This document shows positions 45,387 to 57,159 of a stretch of 64,000 nt of DNA, piece by piece. The notes beneath the pieces are model-generated. The model did not search any database. It saw nothing but the letters and a program-made list of their open reading frames with translations, and was not told where the DNA came from. The stretch covers positions 1,225 through 65,224 of IMG/VR virus record IMGVR_UViG_3300006127_000012; one strand, written 5' to 3'. Each line of letters opens with the position of its first letter. Within the stretch, counting starts at the first letter, position 1. Position numbers and translations under genes: made by a program. This stretch comes from a virus. Taxonomy: Duplodnaviria; Caudoviricetes.

Positions 45387-47321
45387 TTATGACATAGCTT
45401 CCTGACCGATGATGTGACAACCAACGTTAGCACCAGATGCGGAGCCAGTAGTAACAGCAACAGTCAGAATGTCTGGAGTAGCGCCAGCAATGGTATTATA
45501 CAGCGGGAAGAAGTAAGAAAGATCGATCTGCTGCAGACCAGAACCACCAGCAGGAGAAACGAAAGCTAGAACAACTTCACCACCAGTCATGGCTGTAGCA
45601 GAAACGTCTCTTTGAGCAAACGAATAAGTCGATCCAAGACCTGACTGAACGGTACCGATATTAGCTTGAGCGATCGTACCAACATATGTGTTAGTTGAAG
45701 CTGTATTAGCTAGAGTCGCCCAAACAGCGCCAGTTAGAGTAATTGGAGAAGAAGTTGTGCTAGCGATCAGTTCAACTGTGCAAAGAGCGTCAGCTGTGAT
45801 AACTAGAGTTTGTGGAAGTAGCTGACCACGATTGATTAGACCGATTTGATATGGCGTGCCTGTCATAGTCGCTGTATTAGCAATTGCTGCTCCGGTAACA
45901 ATATCACCAAAAGTAATTACTGTAGAGTTACTTCCTGTAATACGACCAGACAGACCTTTGCTTCCTTGCGATGGGAAATAGATATGACGACCAACTAGAG
46001 CATTCGTATTTGCAGCACCAATTGCAGCACCAGTGTCAAAAGAAGTATTTGCTGTTCCAAGAACAATTGCAGTAGTATTACTTGAAGCATTTGCTGCGTT
46101 AAAGGTGGCATTACCCGAAAGCTCAATAACGCCCATTGGTCTCGATGAGATAGAAAGAATTGGGAATCTAGTATTTGACGAGGCGACGGTTCTACGAGGA
46201 GTGGTTGGCGCCATACCATATGAATAGGTAAATCCACGCTGACCGTCTTGGCCACCTTCAACAATCACCGAAACACCCCAGTGATACATGTCGTTTGTGG
46301 CAGCAGTTGCGCCAAGATTTCTTTGCTCGTAACGAACAGGAAGGTTACCAGTTCTTGCCCAAGGACCAGCCTGAGTAGGCAGACCACCAACATTTGAAGG
46401 ACCAAGGTTACCGTAACCAATATAGTTTAGAACAACCCATTCACCGTTAATAACTACGCCCCAGCGAGTCATACCAGCGCCATACCAAGTATATTCCATC
46501 CAGATCATCTGAATGCGAGTCCAGTCTAGGCTGTTAATTGTAGACTTATCGCCATTCCATTGTGGGAGTGGGATACGCGTATCTGAAGGGTTGCCAGAGT
46601 TAACACCATAATTTGTTAATCTTGACGACTGAACGTCAGAACGAACAACGCAGAACATACCCGAAGGATTTGCGCCAATCGAGAAATTATAGTTTGTGCC
46701 AGTTTGGCTAGTATATGCAGGAGAGCTAAGAGCTACAGCCGTGCTATTGATAACTTGAGTTACGGTGACGTTTGCGCTAACATCAAGACCAAAACCAGAA
46801 ACTGGTGTTCCGTAATAGAGATTTGATGTGCTCGAAAGACCAGAAAGGATATTGTTTCCTGAGGTCAGATTACCTGTTGAAGTGAAGGTAGTTGCTGTAG
46901 CGACAGGATCGCCCTGTTCAAGAAACATACCGTTACCATCATCAAAGAATCCAACACGCTGACGCTGATTAGCCTGAGCAGTGCCAAAGTTAATAGCTGT
47001 AGACATGACCATAGTCTTGCCTGGCTGGTAACGATGATATGGGCGAGTTTGGCGAATCGTTACATCAGTAGCGCCAGTAGACAGACGCATACGGCATCCG
47101 CCCTGTCCTGGCATGTGAACAATAGATGAGTTTGACCCAGGAGAAACGATATAGTTTTCCCAACGCATTGGCTGGGTGCCATATTCAAAGTCAGCTTCGT
47201 AGATGTTCTGGTGCCTAGACGTTCTCATACGTCCAAGGTTATCCATTGATCCGAACAGTGGTCCAGTAGTAAGTGATACTGGATCAATAGTAGAAGTTGG
47301 TGATGGCTTTTTGAATGACAT
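45387..47321 (-). CDS. Large putative virion structural protein inserted between gp68 and gp21
   Basis: 644 aa, T/S/G-rich, RMRTS...IYEADFEYGTQPMRWE start; own CTAAATA (47348-47354). Confidence 0.7.
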   Translation of the reverse strand: MSFKKPSPTSTIDPVSLTTGPLFGSMDNLGRMRTSRHQNIYEADFEYGTQPMRWENYIVSPGSNSSIVHMPGQGGCRMRLSTGATDVTIRQTRPYHRYQPGKTMVMSTAINFGTAQANQRQRVGFFDDGNGMFLEQGDPVATATTFTSTGNLTSGNNILSGLSSTSNLYYGTPVSGFGLDVSANVTVTQVINSTAVALSSPAYTSQTGTNYNFSIGANPSGMFCVVRSDVQSSRLTNYGVNSGNPSDTRIPLPQWNGDKSTINSLDWTRIQMIWMEYTWYGAGMTRWGVVINGEWVVLNYIGYGNLGPSNVGGLPTQAGPWARTGNLPVRYEQRNLGATAATNDMYHWGVSVIVEGGQDGQRGFTYSYGMAPTTPRRTVASSNTRFPILSISSRPMGVIELSGNATFNAANASSNTTAIVLGTANTSFDTGAAIGAANTNALVGRHIYFPSQGSKGLSGRITGSNSTVITFGDIVTGAAIANTATMTGTPYQIGLINRGQLLPQTLVITADALCTVELIASTTSSPITLTGAVWATLANTASTNTYVGTIAQANIGTVQSGLGSTYSFAQRDVSATAMTGGEVVLAFVSPAGGSGLQQIDLSYFFPLYNTIAGATPDILTVAVTTGSASGANVGCHIIGQEAMS

Positions 47322-47357
47322 ATTAAATCCCTCTGAATCTTTTTCTATATTTAGTTG

Positions 47358-48155
47358 TTATTCAAAATCACCAGACAACAGCTTATTGAAGACCAGAACC
47401 GTAGCTTCCTTCATGGTTTTCTTAGCACGAAGTGTTTTGAAATCCTGAGCGTCTAATTTACCGTTATGATTAACATCAATTTTCTTCTGGTTGCCAATTA
47501 ACTTTTCGTCGAGATCTTCAAGATCTTCATTCACTGATGGCTTCTTCTCAGCATTCTGAGTTGGTGCAGCTTGATCAGCTGTACCTGAACCATCAGGCGA
47601 TTGATCTTTCGACATCATTTCATAGAGCTTGTCAACAACTTTTGCACAATTCTGAAGTTCGCTGCTTAGAGCGTCAGGAATTGCTTTATTGTCGTCGAGC
47701 ATCTCATAAGTTTCAGCAGCCTGAAGAGCGATACCTTCAAGAAGGCTCTTAACGTCAATTCTTGACTGTTTGAAATCGTTGGTCGATACAGAATTCATGC
47801 CCAGAGATGGACTGTCCGAAGTGGATGGTGAAGAGGCAACGCCAGGATTCTCTGATTCTTGAATGCCAAATCTTCTAGCAAGAACTTTCGAAAAAACAGT
47901 TTCAGTTTCCTGAAGACCTGATCCCATATCACCAGAAGTACCACTTGACTTTTGGTCTTGCTTGCGTGAAGTATCTTTCTTGATCTTTGCGCCTTTAAAC
48001 ACATCGTCGCCGTTTCCGTCGCGATCAGCGTGAGGTGTAGTACCTTCAAGATCGTTAGTCGAATGATATGCTGTTTCGCGCTCAGCGGCAGGTCTTGCAC
48101 CCTTGCTAAGATATTCGTTAGAATCTTTGTCGATGTGTGCTTTATTACCAGCCAT
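47358..48155 (-). CDS. gp68: Prohead core protein (gp68 position), extended
   Basis: Synteny gp20-gp67-gp68; Glu-delimited segments and a DVNHNGKLDAQD motif. The assignment is mainly positional. Confidence 0.5.
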   Translation of the reverse strand: MAGNKAHIDKDSNEYLSKGARPAAERETAYHSTNDLEGTTPHADRDGNGDDVFKGAKIKKDTSRKQDQKSSGTSGDMGSGLQETETVFSKVLARRFGIQESENPGVASSPSTSDSPSLGMNSVSTNDFKQSRIDVKSLLEGIALQAAETYEMLDDNKAIPDALSSELQNCAKVVDKLYEMMSKDQSPDGSGTADQAAPTQNAEKKPSVNEDLEDLDEKLIGNQKKIDVNHNGKLDAQDFKTLRAKKTMKEATVLVFNKLLSGDFE

Positions 48156-48325
48156 TATTCGTCCTCTTCAGTTTCTCCGAAACGCTGGCCAATTTCTTGC
48201 TTTCTGGTTTCTAGAGCTTGATTAATCTTCTGTCGCATTACACCATCAAATGCTTTCTCAAGATCAGCAACATCACCCTCAATAGAGTGGTTTACTACAT
48301 CTTGAACTGTATAATTTTCCGTCAT
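48155..48325 (-). CDS. gp67: Prohead core protein (56 aa)
   Basis: Manual translation MTENYTVQDVVNHSIEGDVADLEKAFDGVMRQKINQALETRKQEIGQRFGETEEDE; after the portal gene, behind TATAAATA at 48339-48346. Confidence 0.75.
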   Translation of the reverse strand: MTENYTVQDVVNHSIEGDVADLEKAFDGVMRQKINQALETRKQEIGQRFGETEEDE

Positions 48326-48341
48326 GATCATCATCTCCTAT

Positions 48342-50081
48342 TTATAAATTAAAGTTGCTTGGCAGATTATCTTCGTTACCCTTTGCCTTCTTTGTAGGCA
48401 TTCTTCGGGTAAATGGTCCACTCTTGCCTTGCACGATTTGAGCTTTTGTTTCTTGTGGTGGTGGAGCAGACTGATCATCTGGTTGGGGCTGCTGACTTTG
48501 GTCAGGTAGACCAGCAGCACCTTGTTGTTGATCAGGCTGCTGTTGTAATGGTTGTCCATCTGGACCAAGACCCTGTGCAGCCATAGCATTAGCTTGATCA
48601 GCCATTTGCTTTTGTTGGATCTTTTGATCTTCTTCCATTTGCTTTTGAATTTCTTCGATGTCATTATCTGACTGCATAAGAACGTTTCTCTTGACCCATT
48701 CTTGCGAATAGAACATACCAAGGAACGGTTGCACTAATTGAAGAACATTAAGACGATTGGTAAGAATTTCACTATCTTTTAGTTCTGCGAAATAGTTATC
48801 GCGAGCATAATCGAAGTGAATCTTGTCTTTGATTTGATCCCAGTCGTCCTGAGCAAATACCTTCTTCAGAATCAGCTGCTTTTCCAGAGCATTGAGCAGA
48901 AGATTTGAGAAACGAAGTCTTAGGCGATCGATAAACTTCTGGAACGAAAGTTCGTCGCGAGTAATTTCGCCAGAACGACCAAGGCTGAATCCTGAAGTTT
49001 CTGGATTGATTCTTGAAATAGGAACATTAAGAGAGCGATATAGTTTCTTCTCAAAATATTCAACGTCTTCCATCTTACCAAGATTCTGGCCAGAAGGAAG
49101 TGTGGTAATTTCTGTGCCATTCTGACCTTCGCGGCGAGGAAGCCAATAGTCTTCCAGCATGGTCATAAACTTACGATCATCACGAACGTCGCCAGTTGAT
49201 GCGTCATAGATCAGACGATTCTTGTGTTTCTGCATCATATCGCGCATGTGCTGCTCTGCCTTCATCTTAGGCATCTGGCCAACGTCAATGTAGAACACGC
49301 GACGTTCGGGAGCACGAGAGATACGATAGATAACCGTAGCATCTTCAAGAATGCGCAGCTGGTTAAGTGGCTTGATTGCTTTATGGAGATATGACAGAAC
49401 GAGCTTGCCGTCCTTATCCATCAATCCAGAAGTGCAGTGTAGAATAGCATCAGTAGAAATTCTCAGCCCTTGGTTATCCATACCAGTGGAAGCTGTTGCC
49501 TTGAATCCCTTTTCGTTATAAACGTAGAACTCAGCAGTATTTCTGTTGATGTAAACTTTACCCTTGCGCTCGCGCGAGAGTAAACGAACTTTACGAATCT
49601 TTCTTGGGTCAATATAACGTAGCTCTTGGATACCACGTTCCGGATCGTTTTCGTCGATCATAATATGATAGTAAACTCTACCGTCAACATACCAGCGACG
49701 GAAAATTTCATATCCATAATTGTTGAAATTCAGCATACGAGTAATGTTGCTGAATTCTTCGTTAATGATCTTTTTGATCTTGTCGTTAATTTCTTTGATG
49801 TCGTCGAGGTTGAGGGTTACGATTTCTTCCGTACCCTCTTTAACGATCGCTTCGTTAGTAACCTCGTCGATTGCTTTTTCACATTCTGGCTGAAGAGCCA
49901 TTTCGCGATATTTTACAACCAGTTCTGCCTCGGTCTTGGCGGAACCTTCCATATCAAGATATGTACCGTAGGTCCCGCCAGCCGTGACAACCATCGCACC
50001 ATCATCAGTCTCTTTCGGAGCAAAAGAAACTAAGTCAAGCTGGTCTTTCTTTCTCGCAATTTCAAATCCAAATAGCTCCAT
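48342..50081 (-). CDS. gp20: Portal protein
   Basis: MELFGFEI, FRRWYVDGR, YRISRAPERRVFYIDVG.MPK.KAEQ, EDYWLPRREG; Q/P-rich C-terminal tail. Confidence 0.98.
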   Translation of the reverse strand: MELFGFEIARKKDQLDLVSFAPKETDDGAMVVTAGGTYGTYLDMEGSAKTEAELVVKYREMALQPECEKAIDEVTNEAIVKEGTEEIVTLNLDDIKEINDKIKKIINEEFSNITRMLNFNNYGYEIFRRWYVDGRVYYHIMIDENDPERGIQELRYIDPRKIRKVRLLSRERKGKVYINRNTAEFYVYNEKGFKATASTGMDNQGLRISTDAILHCTSGLMDKDGKLVLSYLHKAIKPLNQLRILEDATVIYRISRAPERRVFYIDVGQMPKMKAEQHMRDMMQKHKNRLIYDASTGDVRDDRKFMTMLEDYWLPRREGQNGTEITTLPSGQNLGKMEDVEYFEKKLYRSLNVPISRINPETSGFSLGRSGEITRDELSFQKFIDRLRLRFSNLLLNALEKQLILKKVFAQDDWDQIKDKIHFDYARDNYFAELKDSEILTNRLNVLQLVQPFLGMFYSQEWVKRNVLMQSDNDIEEIQKQMEEDQKIQQKQMADQANAMAAQGLGPDGQPLQQQPDQQQGAAGLPDQSQQPQPDDQSAPPPQETKAQIVQGKSGPFTRRMPTKKAKGNEDNLPSNFNL

Positions 50082-50124
50082 GAGCGGCTGTCCTTATCAA
50101 TTAATCATAATATTTAGGCTAGTC

Positions 50125-50661
50125 TTAGACTCCGCCAGCATTACCAGTATTGCCGTCTGTAACTTCCCAATAATCGTATACAAAGGTAACGTCGAATGTT
50201 TCGAACTGGTTAGTAGCACCCCAATCAAGACGGATTGGTTGGATTTCTGCAGGATATAGACCATTGAAACGATAAGTGCGAACAGTAGTGCCAGCCTTGC
50301 TCAGTTGGTTGACAGTAGCTGTTGACTTATAGTTTAGCTGTGATCTTGTATTTTGAACCTTCTTGTTGATCGCATCTGACCACTGTTCAAGAGCGTTACG
50401 AACCTTGAAGTCTTCATCGTTCATAATGCGCACTGTCCATGCGTCATAAGTGCGATCGCCAGCGAAGTGGACGATACGACCAAAGTAAGGGACAGGAATG
50501 TCCCCTAGCTTTGATTCAGGGATAGAAGTTGCACTAGCCAAAAACTGAATTGCGTTATCAGCTACGCTGTTCACTGGGTTAAAGATATTAACCGTGAACA
50601 GTGTAGGTCTTGCGCCTTCAAATTGAAAGTTAGCTCTTACTTCGTTAATACTGAATGCCAT
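50125..50661 (-). CDS. gp19: Tail tube protein
   Basis: GARPTLF.V, VPYFGR....AGDRTYDAWT, F.VTFVYDYW. Confidence 0.96.
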   Translation of the reverse strand: MAFSINEVRANFQFEGARPTLFTVNIFNPVNSVADNAIQFLASATSIPESKLGDIPVPYFGRIVHFAGDRTYDAWTVRIMNDEDFKVRNALEQWSDAINKKVQNTRSQLNYKSTATVNQLSKAGTTVRTYRFNGLYPAEIQPIRLDWGATNQFETFDVTFVYDYWEVTDGNTGNAGGV

Positions 50662-50679
50662 GTTTATTGCTCCTTAAGA

Positions 50680-52713
50680 TTAGAACTGGCCAACGATAGT
50701 GTTGAAGTCAACACCCGTACGAACAGCCACGAAGTTAAGCTGGATGAAGTTAATTGACTTCGCTGGCTTAATGTAGATATCGCCTACAAACTGGTTCGAG
50801 TCGATAATCTGAGCCGTATTGTTTGTTTCGTCGCAAACAACACGGTAGTCATAAATACCGCGACGACCCTGAACTTCTCTCAGGTAAGGATCAACAAGAT
50901 TCTTAAATTGTGCACGAGTGAAGGCATCGTTAAACTCAAACAGACTCGACTGAGCTGCTTTAGAGATAGCCTTTTCGAGAACAATAAACAGACGACGGAC
51001 ATTGATTCTATCAAACGCTGATGGCTTGCCGTACAGGGTCTTGTCTCCATAAAGAACAGTGCCCTGACCTGGGAAAGTAATCACAGGATTGACGTCGTTC
51101 TTGTACAGAAGATCGCGCTGACCTTGGTTTGGATTGAATGCCAGTTTCACAACGTTCTTGATCTGACCACGGTTAAATCCAGCAGGTGACCACCAAGCAT
51201 CACGAGCGAAATCGGTAGCAGCGCATAGACCAGCGATGTCGCCGTTCAGCGGAACCCAACGATAAAGATCGTTATACTTGTCGTATTGATACTTGTAGTT
51301 ACCATCCATAAAGGCATATGAGCTATTATAGGTGATGCCAGAAAGACCAGTAGAGTTACGGAAGTTTACAGCATACTGTGAAGGATCAGAGTTGGTCACG
51401 ATGCTCGAGTCAGGCGAAACGAACGCAACGCAATCTTTACGAGCTTCAGCGATATTGCCGATAATGTAGTTGGAAAGAAGACCAACGCCATTGGCTTTAC
51501 CTTGCATGACCAGAGAAATATCAACTGTTTCTTTGCTGCGGAACAGGTCATATGCTAGAGCGATAGAACCAAAACCGATCGAACCTTCAGCAGTACTATC
51601 AACACCAGCAGCGAAGTTGGAGCTGTATGGAGTTGTTGTCGAAGAGTTAGAAATCGCGTTAGTCAGACCAGAAGCAGCACCAGAACGATCGGCACCAGCA
51701 TAGATATACTGCGATGTCAGGTTAAGAACGTTCTTGTAGTATGCAGTCGAACCGTTTGTCTGCTTAGCGTCAGTTCCGCGAGAAAGACCAGCAAACACTT
51801 CAAGAATATTGCCAGTCGTACCCGTGAACTTACCACCATTGTCAACAACAACGACGTGGATTTCGTCCTGAGTTGTCAGACCCAGATTCTGTGCATAAAC
51901 AGAAGTACCAGGAGCTTTTGGAACAGCATTATAGTATTCCCAGTTGCGCTGGACTAAGTTAGAGTTAGCGACAGTAAACGTGCTAGAAACAGCCAGAGAG
52001 AAAGGAGTGCTAACCGAAAGCGTAACACCGTTTGAATAAACGTTGCTGCCCTGAGTTGTTTCAGCACCAACCGGACCAGTCTTTGCAGTAACTTTCAGGT
52101 ATTGATATCCGAGAGTAGAGTTACCTGCTCTGATATAATCACCAACAGTAATCTGACCTAGAATGCTAGTAGCTAAGGCATTTGCCGTTCCAGCAGCACC
52201 TGCCGAAAACGCATTGATCGTAACAGTGTTAGAACCAAGCGTAAACACAACAGCAGCGTTAGCAGCTAGGTTTGACGAATAAGCATTGGCGCTATCGCAT
52301 ACAGAAACTTTCAGAGAGTTACCGAGTGCACCAGCATATTTCGCAACATATGAAATGTTAGCGTCAAGAGTGGTTGCGTTGAAATCGTCAATATTATCTA
52401 GCTGTGGGTTGCTGCTTACAGCGCCAGTATTTGCATATGAATTCAATGCTGCGGCGTCATAGGCGCGAACGACATAAAGTGCGTTGCCATATGCTAGGAA
52501 GTTTGCGGCAGTAAAGAACGATTCAAAGGTATTAGCGTCTGGCTTACCGAATGTCTTTACTAGGGTGTTTTCAGAGTCAATAAGAACTCTTGTAAATGCT
52601 GGTCCCCAAGGAAATACGCCAGCGAAAGCGCCAACTGATGTCGCTACCGCAGGTACGACGGTAGTGTTGTCAAATTCACTGACATTAACTCCTGGGCTAA
52701 CTGAAATTGCCAT
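50680..52713 (-). CDS. gp18: Tail sheath protein
   Basis: SPGVNVSE, WWSPAG.NRG, AFDRINVRRLF, KPAKSINFI.LNF.A.RTG. Confidence 0.98.
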   Translation of the reverse strand: MAISVSPGVNVSEFDNTTVVPAVATSVGAFAGVFPWGPAFTRVLIDSENTLVKTFGKPDANTFESFFTAANFLAYGNALYVVRAYDAAALNSYANTGAVSSNPQLDNIDDFNATTLDANISYVAKYAGALGNSLKVSVCDSANAYSSNLAANAAVVFTLGSNTVTINAFSAGAAGTANALATSILGQITVGDYIRAGNSTLGYQYLKVTAKTGPVGAETTQGSNVYSNGVTLSVSTPFSLAVSSTFTVANSNLVQRNWEYYNAVPKAPGTSVYAQNLGLTTQDEIHVVVVDNGGKFTGTTGNILEVFAGLSRGTDAKQTNGSTAYYKNVLNLTSQYIYAGADRSGAASGLTNAISNSSTTTPYSSNFAAGVDSTAEGSIGFGSIALAYDLFRSKETVDISLVMQGKANGVGLLSNYIIGNIAEARKDCVAFVSPDSSIVTNSDPSQYAVNFRNSTGLSGITYNSSYAFMDGNYKYQYDKYNDLYRWVPLNGDIAGLCAATDFARDAWWSPAGFNRGQIKNVVKLAFNPNQGQRDLLYKNDVNPVITFPGQGTVLYGDKTLYGKPSAFDRINVRRLFIVLEKAISKAAQSSLFEFNDAFTRAQFKNLVDPYLREVQGRRGIYDYRVVCDETNNTAQIIDSNQFVGDIYIKPAKSINFIQLNFVAVRTGVDFNTIVGQF

Positions 52714-52756
52714 TCTCATGCTCCTTTAGATTAAGAAATCTCTATTCTCTTGTTTG

Positions 52757-52764
52757 TATTTATA
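52757..52764 (-). promoter_or_regulatory. Late promoter TATAAATA upstream of gp18
   Basis: Exact consensus. Confidence 0.8.
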
Positions 52765-52775
52765 ATAATCAACTT

Positions 52776-54832
<2,057 letters not shown>

Positions 54833-54844
54833 GATTATTATCCG

Positions 54845-55669
54845 TTATTTGTATTCAGTAAAATCTGTTAGGAATCCATAATCATCCGTAGGAGATATTA
54901 GAGAAGATGAGATTGAGGCTGCTGCATTTGTAGTTGGTTGTCCGTTAGCTAATAGCCCAGGAGTCACTGTTATGACAACCGAAGGATCAGTAATACCAAT
55001 GCCTCCGGCAGCTGTGTTGGTTGAAGGATTATATAGCGAAGCAATGGATGTTTTGATAACAGCAGATCTATTGACCGGACCATAAAGATAACCCTTCAGT
55101 GTAAAAGTCAATTCCCAAATAACCCACTCTTTGGATTCAAAGTTGTTGGCGTAAGTATCAACACAATTGACGTTATTGATGATAATGGGAATATCTACAT
55201 TCAACCCAATATCAGGAATAAGATTTAATGATTCTGTCCATTGAGGAGTGAAGTATGGAATAATCTGTTCGACGATTCTAGTAGCATCTTCGGTGTTGCG
55301 AGAAATAATTGACAGAGTTATGTCGAAATTATAAGCAACAGGATTCCATTGCGTGTTCAATGTTCCAGTTGTAGAATTTCCTGCAGAATTTCTACCGATG
55401 CTGTTGAGTTTTCTATCAGGATCATATCTGACGCCTGTTATCTCAAAAGCCATTCTAGGAAATACCATAGAAACTTCGCGAAGAAGATCAGGATTCTGTT
55501 GATAACGAGTTAGGTATCTTTCCTTTGGACCATACTGCAATGGAACCTTAATCGTCTTTTGAGTTACACCACTGGCATCGACACGGTCAATATAGATGTC
55601 ATTGAACAGCGACCCGAACAGGATCACATATTTGCGAATAAGACCGTGAGAGAAATGGTTGCCTAGCAT
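54845..55669 (-). CDS. gp15: Tail sheath stabilizer / tail terminator
   Basis: IRKYVILFG.LFNDI, IKVPLQYGPKE, QIIPYFTP, W.LTFTLKGYLYGP. Confidence 0.95.
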   Translation of the reverse strand: MLGNHFSHGLIRKYVILFGSLFNDIYIDRVDASGVTQKTIKVPLQYGPKERYLTRYQQNPDLLREVSMVFPRMAFEITGVRYDPDRKLNSIGRNSAGNSTTGTLNTQWNPVAYNFDITLSIISRNTEDATRIVEQIIPYFTPQWTESLNLIPDIGLNVDIPIIINNVNCVDTYANNFESKEWVIWELTFTLKGYLYGPVNRSAVIKTSIASLYNPSTNTAAGGIGITDPSVVITVTPGLLANGQPTTNAAASISSSLISPTDDYGFLTDFTEYK

Positions 55670-56391
55670 TAGATGATTGTTCCGAACGGATTAGTTTTTG
55701 AGAAGTCAATGAACGATCTGCCTTGAGAACTGAATAGATCATTCTGAGTAACTGTGTCGATTTTATCTGGGCTATATTGACCTTCAACAAGATCGTCTCC
55801 GCCGCCAGTAGTAATATAATTACCATCTTGATCAACGAAGCTATAGTCATCCGCTGCATTGCTAAACTTGCTGGCAATATTGTCGATTTCAGGAACTCCA
55901 GTGGCAATATTTTCGCTGCTGTAATTCACACGTTCGCATTTGATATCATAGTAAGTCAACAGACCTGTCTGATAGAAATTTGATTCGTGTTCGACAAACT
56001 TGACTTCGAACAGAGCGTGAGTCAGAGGAAAATAAATGAAATCGCCTTCAAGAGGACGAATAAGGGTTGATTGAAAATTCGTAAATTCTTCTTCCCATCT
56101 CGAACGCATCATAGAGAATGTAATTTGGTCAGCCATGCTGATGCCAAATTTCTGCATGAGGTCGCCTTCGCCCTGCCAGCCAGTGAAAGTTTTGATGTAA
56201 ACTTCAATTGGAGTTGCTTGAGTGAATTGACTTAGTGTGTCTTCAAGATAGACTTTATCAATGTTCACGTGCACGCGAGGCATGTAATATACATCGACGC
56301 CATAACGCTTGATCATGTCATTGCCAAGATCATTAAGGAGCTGCTGCTCGCCGTAGAAAGATTGATTGTCAAAGAAAGTTGAAACAGCCAT
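55669..56391 (-). CDS. gp14: Neck protein
   Basis: EQQLL, GVDVYYMPR, G.GDLMQKFG, P.EGD.IYFP, LFEVKFVE. Confidence 0.95.
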   Translation of the reverse strand: MAVSTFFDNQSFYGEQQLLNDLGNDMIKRYGVDVYYMPRVHVNIDKVYLEDTLSQFTQATPIEVYIKTFTGWQGEGDLMQKFGISMADQITFSMMRSRWEEEFTNFQSTLIRPLEGDFIYFPLTHALFEVKFVEHESNFYQTGLLTYYDIKCERVNYSSENIATGVPEIDNIASKFSNAADDYSFVDQDGNYITTGGGDDLVEGQYSPDKIDTVTQNDLFSSQGRSFIDFSKTNPFGTII

Positions 56392-56395
56392 GGGT

Positions 56396-57136
56396 TTATC
56401 CTGTCATCATTGCAACTGGAACGCTGTAGCTCTTGATCATATCAGATTCAAGTTTCATAATTTCATTTGTTGCGTCGTCGTAAATCTTTTCAGCGTTAAA
56501 CTTTGCGCCGCCAGGAAGAGCAACGTCGCTATACTTCGTAAGATTTTGTCCCCACTGCTGTTTGATCATTTGAGTCGCATATTTCTGAAGCCAGCGATCT
56601 GACCAGACTTTTGTATATACGTCAGGATCAACGACCTGAAACGCTTCAACTAGAATATAATCTCCGGAGTTAACCTTTGCCCAGTCCATGTCGATATAGA
56701 GCTTGTTGGTTCTGCGATTGAAACGCATTGGCTGCTGACCAACTAGAAGCTGTTCGAGTAGCTGGATATGTTGCATAGCCATGTAGTATGGCACCATCGT
56801 GGTTGCGGTAAGATCATAAAGATCATTCAACGCAATCTGATAACGAATATTGAATAGGTTGTTTGTTGAAAGAGAAGAACCGATTGGAAAGATATTAATC
56901 GCGCCAATGATATTGTCAGGCATAGTGATGAATTTATCTATTTTGGTTTGATCCGTAATCAAACCCTTATAAAACATTTTCTCTGTGCCGTCAAAATGGA
57001 AATCCCAATAGTACTGAAGAGCATCGTCAATACGATCTTGGATCTGATCTTCATCTACGTTAATTTGAGATACTGGAGCACCTACCCTGCGAAGGCAATA
57101 TTGCTTAAAATCTTCTCTACTACTAGGCAAAGCCAT
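56396..57136 (-). CDS. gp13: Neck protein
   Basis: YCLRRVGAPV..INV, W.Q.YATQMIK.QWG.NL.K. Confidence 0.95.
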   Translation of the reverse strand: MALPSSREDFKQYCLRRVGAPVSQINVDEDQIQDRIDDALQYYWDFHFDGTEKMFYKGLITDQTKIDKFITMPDNIIGAINIFPIGSSLSTNNLFNIRYQIALNDLYDLTATTMVPYYMAMQHIQLLEQLLVGQQPMRFNRRTNKLYIDMDWAKVNSGDYILVEAFQVVDPDVYTKVWSDRWLQKYATQMIKQQWGQNLTKYSDVALPGGAKFNAEKIYDDATNEIMKLESDMIKSYSVPVAMMTG

Positions 57137-57159
57137 TTCTAATCTCCGAATTGTTTTAT

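Noticed and set aside
44704-45420. Track N-terminal extensions of gp21, gp44, gp45, gp18, the nuclease and the 4540 ORF
   Set aside because: RBS position, overlap with upstream genes and family N-termini favour the downstream ATGs used in the feature list.
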